From Methanomassiliicoccaceae archaeon (GTDB lineage Archaea; Thermoplasmatota; Thermoplasmata; Methanomassiliicoccales; Methanomassiliicoccaceae): a stretch of DNA of 64,000 bases. Location: contig CAVSJV010000005.1 in the NCBI GenBank assembly GCA_963728405.1, positions 452,435 through 516,434 on the forward strand, written 5' to 3'. This document shows positions 22,188-32,570 of this stretch, one piece after another. The position numbers and the translations under genes were made by a program. Numbering within the stretch: position 1 is the stretch's first letter; each line of letters begins with the position of its first letter. The notes below the pieces were generated by a model that did no database searches, was not told the origin of the DNA, and was given only the letters and a program-made list of their open reading frames with translations.

Positions 22188-23377
22188 GGGTCGGGCTGGT
22201 GAACCTGATCACCAAGACCGCCGACATACAGGCGGATGGCAGCGTCCTCCGCTCCGGCAGCCTGCGTCCCGGCACCGATCAGGACCTCAACATCGTGGAC
22301 ACCGCCCGGCGGCTGGCCCGCATGGGGAACGAGGTCACCATCTACGTCGCCGACGCCTACCGGCCCGAACATCCCGCCGACCTGGAAGGGATACAGGTGA
22401 AATATATCCCCACCCGTCTGCCCTGGCTGTTCCCCCCGTCGCTCGCGCCGTTGACCCCGTCGCTGGCCAAGCTCCTGCGCTCCGATGACCTGGATGTCGT
22501 GCAGGCCGGCGAGGTCTTCCAGCCCGGGACGGTGCTGGCCTGGTCGGCATCTCGCGGCTCCGGGCCGGCCATGTTCATCTGGCAGGAACTGGACACCTAC
22601 ATGCGCGGGCCGCTGGGGTGGGTCCAACGGCAATTCTACAATACCCTGGGGAAAAGCGTGGTCCGGGGGTGCTGCGGCCTGATACCGCGGTCCCGCTCGG
22701 CCCGAAGGCATCTGCTAGAGGCCGGGGTACCCGAGGAGAAGATCGCACCAGTGGTCCATTCCGGCGTCGATACTCGCATCTTCCGGCCGATGAACAAGCA
22801 GGAGTCCCGCGACCGGTTCGGCATTGACGAGGACCGCAACGTGCTGCTCTCCATCGGCCGCATGCACGAGAACAAGGGCATGGACCTGCTGGTCCGGACG
22901 ATGTGCCGCCTCCGGGCCGGCGAGCCTGACGGTCTGCTTATTCTGAAGGGAACGGGGCCGCAGGAACAACATCTCCGTTCCCTGGTCCATAGCCTGCATC
23001 TCGAGGACAACGTCACCATCATGACCGAGCGTTTGTCGGCCCGGGACATGGCAATGCTGTACAATTCCGCCGACCTGTTGACCGTCACCAGCCGCACCGA
23101 CCTGTTCCCGTTCACCGCCATCGAGGCCATCGCCTGCGGTGTTCCGGTGGCGACCTCCTTCGCCCGGGGGCTCAAGACCGACATTGTGGACCGGGGGGGC
23201 GGGGCCATGATATCGGCCCAGCCCGAAGAGATGGCCAGGGATCTGCTGGCGCTCCTTGAGGACCCTGTTCGACTGGACCGGTTGGGCAGCAAGGCCCGGG
23301 AACTGGCCCTCACGGACTTCGATTTCGAGGTGGGTGCCGATAGGCTGCAGCGCATCTACTCCGGAGGGAGCGGTTGA
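22184..23377 (+). CDS. Glycosyltransferase family 4
   Basis: SGVD...F.P, IGR....KG, DLFPFTAIEAIACG; ATGA overlap with the upstream gene. Confidence 0.9.
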   Translation: MRVGLVNLITKTADIQADGSVLRSGSLRPGTDQDLNIVDTARRLARMGNEVTIYVADAYRPEHPADLEGIQVKYIPTRLPWLFPPSLAPLTPSLAKLLRSDDLDVVQAGEVFQPGTVLAWSASRGSGPAMFIWQELDTYMRGPLGWVQRQFYNTLGKSVVRGCCGLIPRSRSARRHLLEAGVPEEKIAPVVHSGVDTRIFRPMNKQESRDRFGIDEDRNVLLSIGRMHENKGMDLLVRTMCRLRAGEPDGLLILKGTGPQEQHLRSLVHSLHLEDNVTIMTERLSARDMAMLYNSADLLTVTSRTDLFPFTAIEAIACGVPVATSFARGLKTDIVDRGGGAMISAQPEEMARDLLALLEDPVRLDRLGSKARELALTDFDFEVGADRLQRIYSGGSG

Positions 23378-24492
23378 GGATCGCCTTCATTCCCCAGGTC
23401 GGGGTGGACCCGACCAGCTCTGAGCGAACGCCCAAGCTGCTCTACCTCTTGTCCCAATGGTACGAGGTCGAGGCGGTGCCGGCGGGACAGCTGGACAAGC
23501 GGGTGTATGATCAGAAGGGTAATCGTTTCTCCCGTTACGTTCTGTTCGTTCTCAACGAGCTGCTCATCACGTGGACCACGCTGCGGGTCGGAAGGCGCCG
23601 GCAGGTCTCGGCCGTCTTCGCCGAAGGGACCTACTACTCGCTGGCCGGAGGTCTCGCCGCCCGCATCCTGGGGGTGCCGTTGATCTGGGACAATCACGGG
23701 AACATCAGGGACTTCTCCCGGACGCTGGGCAAGTCCCGTTATTTCATGTTCGGCAATCTCCTGTTGGAGCGCTTTCTGGTCCGCCTCGCCACCCAGGTGC
23801 TGGTGGTGTCCCAGAATGAAGTGGAGGCCTACCGCTCGCTGGGCTTCGATACTTCCAAGTTCGTGGTCCTCCCGACCTGTGCCGACATGTCCCTGGTGGA
23901 CGCGCATACCGTGCCCCGGGAGCAGGCCCGCCGAGCTTTGGGCATCGAGGCGGGGACCAAGGCGGTGCTGTTCTTCGGCACCTTGAAGTACATGCCGAAC
24001 CAGGACGCCGCCCTGTACCTGGCCCGGGAGATGTATCCCGCCGTGGCGGCGGAGGTGCCCGGGGTCAAGATGTTCATCGCCGGCACCGGGCAGCTTAGCG
24101 AGGAAGCGCCCCCCGGTGTAATAATGCTGGGCTTCGTGCCCGACCTCTACCTGTGGCTATCGGCCGCGGACGTTTGTGTCGCACCCATGTGGAAGGGCGT
24201 GGGCATCCTGACCAAGGTCATCGACATGCTGTCGGTTGGCTGCGCCACGGTGGTCAGCCCGTTGGCGCTGGAAGGGATCCCCGAGCTGGAGCACGGTACC
24301 AACTGTATGGTGGGGCAGGACCGCGAGGCCTTTGTGCAGGAGGTCATCGGCCTGCTGCGCGATCCCGTTCTAGCCGCTGATCTGGGTGCAGAGGGGCGCC
24401 GCCTGGTCATGACCAGTTACTCATGGGAAGAGGTCTCCCCGAAGCTGCGGGAGCTTATCAGTTCTATAGGCAAGGGACCGACAAGTTCATGA
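23374..24492 (+). CDS. Glycosyltransferase family 4
   Basis: FFG...YMPN.DA, GFVPD, ADV.VAP..G.G...K; TTGA overlap. Confidence 0.88.
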   Translation: MRIAFIPQVGVDPTSSERTPKLLYLLSQWYEVEAVPAGQLDKRVYDQKGNRFSRYVLFVLNELLITWTTLRVGRRRQVSAVFAEGTYYSLAGGLAARILGVPLIWDNHGNIRDFSRTLGKSRYFMFGNLLLERFLVRLATQVLVVSQNEVEAYRSLGFDTSKFVVLPTCADMSLVDAHTVPREQARRALGIEAGTKAVLFFGTLKYMPNQDAALYLAREMYPAVAAEVPGVKMFIAGTGQLSEEAPPGVIMLGFVPDLYLWLSAADVCVAPMWKGVGILTKVIDMLSVGCATVVSPLALEGIPELEHGTNCMVGQDREAFVQEVIGLLRDPVLAADLGAEGRRLVMTSYSWEEVSPKLRELISSIGKGPTSS

Positions 24493-24519
24493 ACGCCCTA
24501 CTGCCAATCGAAATACCGA

Positions 24520-25482
24520 ATGGGGGGTCATAACGTGGGGGGGAAGACGGTAAGAGTTCTGGTAGGTCCGGGTAGGCCATATGACCTCCTATTGGTCTGT
24601 CTCCTGGTCGCCGGCGCCGTCCTGCTATCCACCTATCATGTGACAGGCCCCCTTATGTGGGCCCTCGGGTTCATTGCGGTGTTCTTTGCTCCCGGTTATG
24701 CGCTGGTCTCGGCCCTGTTCCCGGGACAGAAGGCCATCCTCTCCCAGTCCTTCATGATCAAGCGGGAGGAGCGGCTCATTGACATCAGCTTCCTGGAACG
24801 ATTGGCCCTCGCTTTGGGATTGGGCGCGTCGGTCATGGCCTTGGCCGGTACTCTGATCACCAGGGGGATCCTGGACCTGACGGCGCTGACCGTCGGCCTG
24901 GAAGCGGCCGTCTTCACCTACACGTTCTCGGGCCTGGCCATCTATCGAAGATCACGGCTGCCCATGGGCGATCAGTTCGCCCTGCTCATCCGTCCCCGAA
25001 ATGGGAAGAGGCCCATAACCGCCGCCGAGAAGGGCATTTCCTTGGTCATCGCCTCGGCGCTGGTGGTCCTGGTGGCGGTGACCGCGACCGGCCTGACCGC
25101 TCATCCCACTTCGGTTCCTTTCTCAGAGTTCTCCATCACTGGGGCGGACGGGAACATGGAGCACCTCCCTCGGGCGCTTGCCACCGGCCAGCAGGGGCTG
25201 GTCAAGGTGAGCGTGGTCAATCATCTGGGGGGGAGCGGTCATTTCGTTCTGACCCTTTCGCTGGAAGAGAACGCCTCCGCCACCGCCTCCTTCGATGCTG
25301 GTCGGCCGGTCTCGGTCAGCGTCGGCGGAGCGCGCTCGATGACCGTGGACCTGGCCGATGGCCAGGCCTGGGAGTCCACGCTTACCATCCTGGTCCCCGC
25401 CACCGGAGAGAGGACCTTGTTCTTTACGCTGGCCGACGGCCAGGAGGTAAAGAATCTATGGATCCCCTTGACCATCACCTAG
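24520..25482 (+). CDS. DUF1616-family membrane protein
   Basis: F.PGYALVSALFP, ER.AL..GL, FSEFSI followed by an extracellular beta-rich domain. Confidence 0.75.
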   Translation: MGGHNVGGKTVRVLVGPGRPYDLLLVCLLVAGAVLLSTYHVTGPLMWALGFIAVFFAPGYALVSALFPGQKAILSQSFMIKREERLIDISFLERLALALGLGASVMALAGTLITRGILDLTALTVGLEAAVFTYTFSGLAIYRRSRLPMGDQFALLIRPRNGKRPITAAEKGISLVIASALVVLVAVTATGLTAHPTSVPFSEFSITGADGNMEHLPRALATGQQGLVKVSVVNHLGGSGHFVLTLSLEENASATASFDAGRPVSVSVGGARSMTVDLADGQAWESTLTILVPATGERTLFFTLADGQEVKNLWIPLTIT

Positions 25483-25691
25483 GGACCGCGGCCATCGTCC
25501 CACCGCTGGGCCTTGGGCTGGCCTTCCTGTTGCCCTCCCTCGCCATATGCCTGGTGTGTTTGATGGGTATGCTGATGCTGAGCGCCGCCGCCACTGCGCG
25601 GAAGAGGAGGCTGATGACCCCGGCGATGTTCAGTCTGCTCACCCTCACGATCATCATACTCGCCCTGGCGGTCCGGAGCGTCCTTACTTGA
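25458..25691 (+). CDS. Small membrane protein (77 aa)
   Basis: Two hydrophobic helices, GGAGG upstream, TGATG coupling to the next gene. Confidence 0.55.
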   Translation: MDPLDHHLGTAAIVPPLGLGLAFLLPSLAICLVCLMGMLMLSAAATARKRRLMTPAMFSLLTLTIIILALAVRSVLT

Positions 25692-26494
25692 TGTCCCAGC
25701 AGGATGCCTATTCCACGAGGTACCGGGAGGTCGGCTGGCCGGTGTTGGGGGCGCTGATCGCGCCCATGTTCCTAGGTTGCTTCTCCGTATACCTGTTCCG
25801 GCTGTCCGGCGAGGAGGCGACCATCGCTGCCGGGCTGGTGCTCCTCTCCGCCGGACTGCTGGCCTGTATCGCCCTGATACTGTTCTCCAGCAGCGGGGCG
25901 GTCCAAACGGCCGCCTCGGCGATCGCGCTGGTACAGTCGGTCGCTCTGTTCGCCATCCTGCTTCCTGGTTCCGGCCTGATCTATATCGACGCGGCCATAT
26001 TGTTCGCTGCATCGGCCGCGGCGGTGTTCCTGTATGGCCGGACGGTCGAACTGCCGTCGATGGGGGTGACCCGGCTGAAGGAAAGCTCTGTGCTGGTGGT
26101 GTTCCTGCTGCCGGTGGTTCTGGCCTTCGGGCAGGCTCTCTTCCTCGGCCTGCGGTTCTGGGAGAGCTATCAGATCGGACGCCTCTCCCTGCTCTTCGTC
26201 CCCCTGCTGGCGATGTGGGGTTATGTCGAGGAGGGGCTGTTCCGGGGCATCGTCCAGCGTTCGGTGATGCCGTTACTGGGTGGGAGGGGTGCCATCGTGC
26301 TCTCGGCCTTCCTCTATGCGGCATTCATGATGTTCTGGGGCTCCCTGCTCTACACATTCTTCTCTTTCCTTGTAGGCCTTCTCATGGGCTACCTGTATCT
26401 GCGCTCCCGCAGTCTGATGTATGTGGGGACGATACACGCCCTCCAGGACACCTGGATGGTGATCGCATTCCTCATCCTGGGCTTCGCCTTATAG
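25691..26494 (+). CDS. CPBP/CAAX-family intramembrane metalloprotease-like protein
   Basis: EEGLFRG and HALQD motifs, multiple TM helices. Confidence 0.82.
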   Translation: MSQQDAYSTRYREVGWPVLGALIAPMFLGCFSVYLFRLSGEEATIAAGLVLLSAGLLACIALILFSSSGAVQTAASAIALVQSVALFAILLPGSGLIYIDAAILFAASAAAVFLYGRTVELPSMGVTRLKESSVLVVFLLPVVLAFGQALFLGLRFWESYQIGRLSLLFVPLLAMWGYVEEGLFRGIVQRSVMPLLGGRGAIVLSAFLYAAFMMFWGSLLYTFFSFLVGLLMGYLYLRSRSLMYVGTIHALQDTWMVIAFLILGFAL

Positions 26495-26856
26495 CAGGCG
26501 CCCTTCTGACGGGACCTCTTGATCCATCCGCCCGACTGTACGTGCATCGCTTGATGCATAGATGTCGAATGTTCACAAGCGTGACTTCCGATAGTCCCGA
26601 CCATACATTCTCGATGCCTCGGTGGAAGAAACCGATGGCAGTGTCTCACGTTTCCTTGTTCCATAAAAGCTCCCTTTCCTCAACATGAGGGTCGATGCGG
26701 GCCATCTAATCGATCGTTTCAGAGCGCCGGATCTATCGATGACCCTGGCATTTAGATATCGAAGTGGGAGATCACGAAAGGGGGCACGCTCGTTAAGTGA
26801 TTCCCGGGGAGGACCCCCGTTCACAAAATAGTTAATATGGCGTGCTCAAATAAAAC

Positions 26857-27918
26857 ATGTCCGTGAACGAATCGGGTGAGGAATTTGTCAGCGTTGTCGA
26901 GGGTAACCATGTGCACATCGGCGATGAAAATGCCATTGGGGCGAGCCCTCCGGCCAAGGCCTCACCCGAACAAGGATCTGGACCAACCGTCACCGTTGTG
27001 GTCTGCACCTATAATCGGGTGCAGTGGCTGCCAAAATGCCTAAAATCCTTGGAGGCGCAGGACCCTCGGCCGGACGAGATCATCGTGGTGGACGGTCCCT
27101 CCGACGACGGGACCAGGGCGTTATTGGAACTTCTGGAAGGTCAGGGACATGTCGTCTTGGTAAAGCAGCCTAAACTGGACGGGATCTCCTCGGCCCGGAA
27201 CCTCGGTCTGGCCCAGGCCCGGGGCGAGATCGTCTGCTTCATCGATGACGACGCCATCGCCCAACCGGGCTGGCTCCTGTCGATGGTGAGCGCCTACACC
27301 GACCGGACGGTCGGTGGGGTCGGCGGCCCGGTACACGACATGCACGGTAAGCTGACCATGGGCCGGAATGCGGTAACCCCGGACGGTCGGTGGTTCGACG
27401 AGTCCCGTAACGAGAGCACCGCGGGGCTGTTCCCGGTGATGGTCGGCTGCAATATGTCGTTCCGCCGCCTGCCACTGACGGACATCGGCGGCTTCGACCC
27501 ATATTTCAAGTTCCATCAGGACGAGACCGATGCCTGCCTGGGCATACTGGCCGAGGGGCTGGACATCAAGTACTCGGAGGGCGCGGTGGTGTGGCACGAG
27601 TGGTGCGAGGGCTCCTACCGCAAGGACCGGATCCGGTGGTACATCCGGTTGCGCTATCTATGGGGAAGGAACAATTCCTACCTGGTCCGGAAGCACTTCA
27701 GCGACCGGGTAGGCTTTTCAGAATACTGCAGTATACGGCTGGCGGCCTTCGTGGAGCGCAGGGTCCCCCGGGGGATCATGGAAAAAGAGGAGATGGGGAA
27801 GGGAGATGGTGGGAAGAGAATGCCCCGCTTTTTCATCGCCATGGGGCTGTTCTCCGAGGCATTCGGCCTCATCAAGGGCTGGCGGGATAGCTCCCCCCGC
27901 CGGCCCAAGTCCTTCTGA
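26857..27918 (+). CDS. Glycosyltransferase family 2
   Basis: VCTYNR, VVDG.S.D, ARN.G, FIDDD, GCNMSFR, GGFD, DETD. Confidence 0.9.
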   Translation: MSVNESGEEFVSVVEGNHVHIGDENAIGASPPAKASPEQGSGPTVTVVVCTYNRVQWLPKCLKSLEAQDPRPDEIIVVDGPSDDGTRALLELLEGQGHVVLVKQPKLDGISSARNLGLAQARGEIVCFIDDDAIAQPGWLLSMVSAYTDRTVGGVGGPVHDMHGKLTMGRNAVTPDGRWFDESRNESTAGLFPVMVGCNMSFRRLPLTDIGGFDPYFKFHQDETDACLGILAEGLDIKYSEGAVVWHEWCEGSYRKDRIRWYIRLRYLWGRNNSYLVRKHFSDRVGFSEYCSIRLAAFVERRVPRGIMEKEEMGKGDGGKRMPRFFIAMGLFSEAFGLIKGWRDSSPRRPKSF

Positions 27919-30357
27919 ATCCTCCTTCCTTCCGGGCCGTGACGCGGTCCGCTCCAGCGGGCTGCTGACCTGAACGGTGCTACTGGTAGTCAGCGGCTCG
28001 CTCGCGCCCAGGGCCACTACACCGGACGAGGTCGCCTCGGAAGAGACGACCAGGCCAGCGGTGGCCTCTGCGGCGATGATGCCGTGGACGACCATCCGCC
28101 CGTCGGAAAGCGTTTCCGTACTGACCACGGTGATGCCCGCCCCGTTGGGGACGAAGGGACCGCCGTTCGGCAGGGTCATCTGGAACGATATCGCCGAGTT
28201 GCCCAGGTTGGTCAGGCCGTAGGAGCCGTAGGCCTTGGTGAAGTCGATCACCAGGTCGCCGGAACCCTTGAACACCACCATCGAACGGTCGGTGGTGATG
28301 GAGCGGCCCTCCGTCGCCATGTCGAGCGTCGCCGGCCAAATGGTCGGGTCGACCCGGCGGTCGGCGCCCATGGCCTTGAACATATCGACCGCCATCTGCA
28401 GATTGTGCATCTGGGCCGAGTATGGCGCGTACGACAGCAGGTCAACGCTGAACCCGTAGCGGGCGGCGTTGAACAGCACCGAGTACACGGCCGCCTGGTC
28501 CGCGGCACTATCGGCGGCGTAGTTCTGGTAGACCAAGATGTGCGGGCGGTAGGCCGAGGGCATCTCGTTCACGAACTCCATCGTCGACAGCACGTTGGCC
28601 TTCAGGTCGATGTTGTACGTCGGTACTGGCTCGAAGCCTTCCACCAGGGTCAGGTCGCTCAGCATGGCCAGCTGGATCTGCGCCGTGTAGGGGTTCGTTA
28701 GGATGAAATCCCAATGGCCCGAGGCGCGAGACTCCTGGACCAGGCGGAGATAGCCGTCGTAGATGAACTCCTGCCGGTTGGTGTTGTAGTCGCTCCGGGG
28801 CAGGTTGTTCTCCCCGTACCAGGAGTTCATCTCGTCCCAGAACACGCCGGTCGTGGACCACCACCAGTCATTGAACGGATCGCCGTTGATGAGGTGGTCG
28901 CGATAGCCGGCGCTGGCCGCGCTGGCCACGGGATGGCCGTTCGACAAGGTGTAGGCGTGGCCCGGCGAGCTCCACAGCTGCCATTCGGTGGGCATCGGCC
29001 CCGTTTGAGGCATCATCTGTTGGGCCGATTTGTAGTTCCAGTTGACCTGCTCGGGGTTGGAGGAAAGCGTCGCCACTAAGATGGGGGACGCCTCGATCCA
29101 GCTGCGGGTGGCGTCGTCCCACTTCCCCGACTGGCCGTTGAGGTACTGACCGAAGTCGTTGAAGGTCAGGGGGAACTGCGGCGAGGATTGGTAGCCCCAG
29201 CTCTCCGCGATATGGGTGGCGATCCACTTGGCATAACCGGCGTCGTGGCCTCGGGGCTCTCCGTCGGTATACTCGTACGGCCGCACGAACATGTGCCAGG
29301 TCTTGGCCTGGCCCAACGAGGGGTCCGGGAGGACGCTGCCGGTCGATGTGTACTTCAGCCCGAATGCCGAGGACCCGTCGACGGTCATCTCCTTCATCCA
29401 TACCGGCGAGTAGAGGTAGGCCTCCGTCTCATCGTAGCCCCATTCCACGCCCAGGTTGCCACCTGGTACGCGCATGTCGAAGGCCGGGGCGAACATCATG
29501 TAGGCTGGGAACCAGCCCCCGATGCCGTTCGTCCAGGGGGTGTCCTCCGGAACTCCGGGTATGTAGCGGTGCGATTGGCCGCCGCTGAACATGTTGTACA
29601 TCTGTCCGTCGCCGGAATAGAGGCCGACGACGTAGGTGGTGATCACATTGGCCGTTCCCGGGAGGTAGGTCACGTTGAGCTCGAAGTAGTCCCGGTAGAT
29701 GCCGAACTCGTGCACCAGGCTGAACTGGTCACAGCTCTCGTTGAACCATACGGTGTTGCCATCGCGGCCCCAGTCAGTGATCCGGGTGCTCACCCAGTCA
29801 AGGGCGTTGCCGAACTCGTCGACCGTTCCCTCTCCAGAGGTCAGGGGGTCGAGGCGGCTGTAGCGTATGACATCGTCGGTGAAGTATGGCCGTATCTCGT
29901 ACTGAACGGACTTCCCATTGGGGGTCAGGGTGATCGAATACTCCTCTGTCAATATGGTGTACGCGCCGTTCGCTTCCTCGACCGTCAGGTTGGAGGACGC
30001 GGTCGCTGCGTCGTAATCGGTGCTGCCGTCCTCATCTGTCGCCGGGAGCATCATTTCCAAGGCCCCGTTCTTTGGATCGGTCGCGATCGTAGGCGTACCG
30101 GACGGTTCGCTGTACGGCAGCTCGGAAGCTGCATCCTGGCCGGGCAGGGCCGGATCGGAGGAGCCTCCCGAGCCGATGATGGCCCCGGCCTTGCTCCTGT
30201 CAGTATTGGCGTCGAGCATGAGTGGCACCAGCGAGCTGACGAGCAGGATCAGGACGAGGAGCACCGAAGTGGGTCTCCTCGCGATCTCCCGCGCTCGCTT
30301 GGTCCTATTCATTATGGACCGCCATCCGGAGGACGCCCGTCCAGGGAGCAGGCTCAT
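27718..30357 (-). CDS. Large secreted/surface protein (~860-880 aa), possibly carbohydrate-active
   Basis: Basic plus hydrophobic signal peptide (MNRTKRAREIARRPTSVLLVLILLVSS), S/T/D-rich linkers, aromatic-rich core with GVFWDE; start 30357 or 30312; 3' end overlaps the convergent GT2. Confidence 0.75.
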   Translation of the reverse strand: MSLLPGRASSGWRSIMNRTKRAREIARRPTSVLLVLILLVSSLVPLMLDANTDRSKAGAIIGSGGSSDPALPGQDAASELPYSEPSGTPTIATDPKNGALEMMLPATDEDGSTDYDAATASSNLTVEEANGAYTILTEEYSITLTPNGKSVQYEIRPYFTDDVIRYSRLDPLTSGEGTVDEFGNALDWVSTRITDWGRDGNTVWFNESCDQFSLVHEFGIYRDYFELNVTYLPGTANVITTYVVGLYSGDGQMYNMFSGGQSHRYIPGVPEDTPWTNGIGGWFPAYMMFAPAFDMRVPGGNLGVEWGYDETEAYLYSPVWMKEMTVDGSSAFGLKYTSTGSVLPDPSLGQAKTWHMFVRPYEYTDGEPRGHDAGYAKWIATHIAESWGYQSSPQFPLTFNDFGQYLNGQSGKWDDATRSWIEASPILVATLSSNPEQVNWNYKSAQQMMPQTGPMPTEWQLWSSPGHAYTLSNGHPVASAASAGYRDHLINGDPFNDWWWSTTGVFWDEMNSWYGENNLPRSDYNTNRQEFIYDGYLRLVQESRASGHWDFILTNPYTAQIQLAMLSDLTLVEGFEPVPTYNIDLKANVLSTMEFVNEMPSAYRPHILVYQNYAADSAADQAAVYSVLFNAARYGFSVDLLSYAPYSAQMHNLQMAVDMFKAMGADRRVDPTIWPATLDMATEGRSITTDRSMVVFKGSGDLVIDFTKAYGSYGLTNLGNSAISFQMTLPNGGPFVPNGAGITVVSTETLSDGRMVVHGIIAAEATAGLVVSSEATSSGVVALGASEPLTTSSTVQVSSPLERTASRPGRKEDSEGLGPAGGAIPPALDEAECLGEQPHGDEKAGHSLPTISLPHLLFFHDPPGDPALHEGRQPYTAVF

Positions 30358-30488
30358 CGCCATCGCTCCAGGTATCGGGCGCCGGTCCAGACCGGTCCCT
30401 GGCTGTTGTGGCGGTAACGGCCCGCGGCCGCTCCGCTAGCGCAGCTGTTTTTCAAGTTCATCCCATCCCTTCTGATGTTGGTTCGATG

Positions 30489-30622
30489 GGCGCCGCAATG
30501 CCTTCCGGCGAATCTTCACGGCGCCGCACCCACCGCCGGGAGCTTATCCCCGGAGGGGGCGGCCAGACCTTTGCCCGGCCTTCGGAAGCAAGGTTCCCTC
30601 AAAGAGAAGTGTCCTTGCCACC
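30489..30622 (-). ncRNA. Candidate structured 5' leader (four consecutive hairpins)
   Basis: Hairpins at 30584-30622, 30561-30580, 30536-30553 and 30489-30525, starting ~23 nt downstream of TATA-like ATTAATAA (30645-30652). Confidence 0.4.
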
Positions 30623-30701
30623 GTGCTCCGGGTGGGGATGCATCTTATTAATGAGTTGGGGGATGGATATCGCTGCTGATTATCAGGGACGACGTAGGAG
30701 C

Positions 30702-31784
30702 TTAGAATCTGGCCATGTCAAGGTGGTGCCCTTTGACCGTTCTCGGTCGGTGCTCGGCCACCGCCACACGGGCCGCTTCGCGGTACTCGCGGGCGAACCG
30801 CTCCAGGGAGAACCGCTCGCTGGCGACGGCGCGGGGATCGTACTCTCCCTCGAGCACCTCGTCTATGGCGTCCACAAAGCTCTGGGCCCTGTCATCGCCG
30901 ACTATCCTGCCGACCCGTTCGTCCCGTAGGTCCTCGAACACGCCGGTGCGCGATGCCACCACCGGCAGGCCGCAGGCCATCGCCTCCAGCGGAGTGTAGC
31001 CGAATGATTCGTAGCGCGATGGGAACAGCAGCACGTCCGCCGCTGAATAATACAATGGCATGCGCTCGTTCGGAACGTTACGGTGGACCAGGAGGGCATC
31101 GTCCTTTACATCGTTGGGAGTGACGCATAGCACCCGCAGCTCCGGGCGCTTCCTGGCGACCTCCCTGACGATGTCGAAGCCCTTGGTATGGTCGGCCCGG
31201 CCGACGAAGATGGCCACCGGCCCGTCCCCGTTGATCCCCAGCTCCTCCCTGGCCTCCTCCTTGTTCCGGGGGGAGAACCGCTCCAGGGACACCCCGTTCT
31301 CGATGACCTGGGAAGCGATCCCATACTCGCTCTCCAATTCCCTCCGCACTTTGTGGCTCACCGCCAGATTGGTCTTGGAGCGGGAGGTCAATCGTTCGAA
31401 CAACGGGAGGAAGTATCGTGAGGGTAGGTAACCGGAGGTTCCCCGCAAGGTCTTCTCGGCCAGGCCCCTCATGGTGTAGTGGAATACATTGAGCAGGGGC
31501 AGGTCCGGCGGCAATAGCGAGAGCCACCATCCCGCGGTGGAGTTGCAGATGGCCAGGTCGAAGTCCTCCTGTTCGAGCATTTCACGGAACCGGCGGCCGA
31601 TGGCCAGCCCCATCCTCGGTTCCTGCAGGTTGAACCGGTCCAGGCGTGGCAGGGAGCTGCGGGCGGCGTCCTGATAGGTGATGAGAGTAAGGTCGGGAAA
31701 AGCGGCCTTGAGGTGCTCGGAGAACAGCTCAGTGCCTCCTTTCACGTGCTCGAAGCTATAGAATGAGAGAACCGCGATCTTCAT
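30702..31784 (-). CDS. Glycosyltransferase family 4
   Basis: GGTE, VIENGV, VGR....KG, YESFGYTPLEAMACG. Confidence 0.9.
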   Translation of the reverse strand: MKIAVLSFYSFEHVKGGTELFSEHLKAAFPDLTLITYQDAARSSLPRLDRFNLQEPRMGLAIGRRFREMLEQEDFDLAICNSTAGWWLSLLPPDLPLLNVFHYTMRGLAEKTLRGTSGYLPSRYFLPLFERLTSRSKTNLAVSHKVRRELESEYGIASQVIENGVSLERFSPRNKEEAREELGINGDGPVAIFVGRADHTKGFDIVREVARKRPELRVLCVTPNDVKDDALLVHRNVPNERMPLYYSAADVLLFPSRYESFGYTPLEAMACGLPVVASRTGVFEDLRDERVGRIVGDDRAQSFVDAIDEVLEGEYDPRAVASERFSLERFAREYREAARVAVAEHRPRTVKGHHLDMARF

Positions 31785-31833
31785 CCGCCTAACCGCCAAG
31801 ATTAATCTAGGTAGCCTTCCACTAATATTCCTT

Positions 31834-32570
31834 GTGGGCCTTCAGGACGCAAAGTTGGAGCTTAGGTTCATAGCCGAACGGATGCGCAACCGCTTTTCCC
31901 TTGCCGACCGGCTGGAGGGAACGGCCTGGAGCCCCAAGGTGATGGACCTTCCGCCGGGCCGAAGGTTCCTGGTGCTGTCCCCCCATCCCGATGACGACGC
32001 GGTCGGCTGCGGTGGCACCATAATCAAGCTCCTGGATTCGGGGGCAGAGGTCCGGGTGGTGTACCTGTCCATGCAGGAAGGCGATTTCTCCCGGGACCTT
32101 CGTCGTAACGAGATCGGCTCGGCGCTCCACCGCCTGGGAGTGACGGACCATCGGCTTCGGGAGGATGAGTTCCCCTCGGCCCGTGAAGCGGTAGGCCTGA
32201 TCGCGGAAGAGCTCCGCTCCTATGAGCCGGACAGCGTGTTCGTCCCCTCCCCTTCGAGAACCACAACGAGCACCTGCGGACCTTCGAGGCCTACCTCGGG
32301 GCGGTCGATGGGCTGAAGGAGCGGCCGGACGCTCTCCTATATGAGGTCTGGGGGGCGCTGATGCCCAACCTATTGATACCGGTGGACGGGGTCATGCAGC
32401 GCAAGGTCCTGGCGATCCTCGAGCACTGGACCCAGGTCCGGGACATCGACTACGTCCGGGTCGTGCAGGGCATGAACGGCTATCGCGCCGCCACCAGCGG
32501 GTTGGATGGGTATGCAGAAGCGTACCTGCTACTGTCGGCCGCCGACCTGCTGAAGATATTTCTCCACTAG
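31834..32570 (+). CDS. PIG-L/LmbE-family deacetylase; apparent frameshift in a C-run near 32250
   Basis: SPHPDDDAVGCGG, R..E; restored PSPFENHNEH...YEVWG joins ORF 32361..32570 (YAEAY). Confidence 0.85.
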
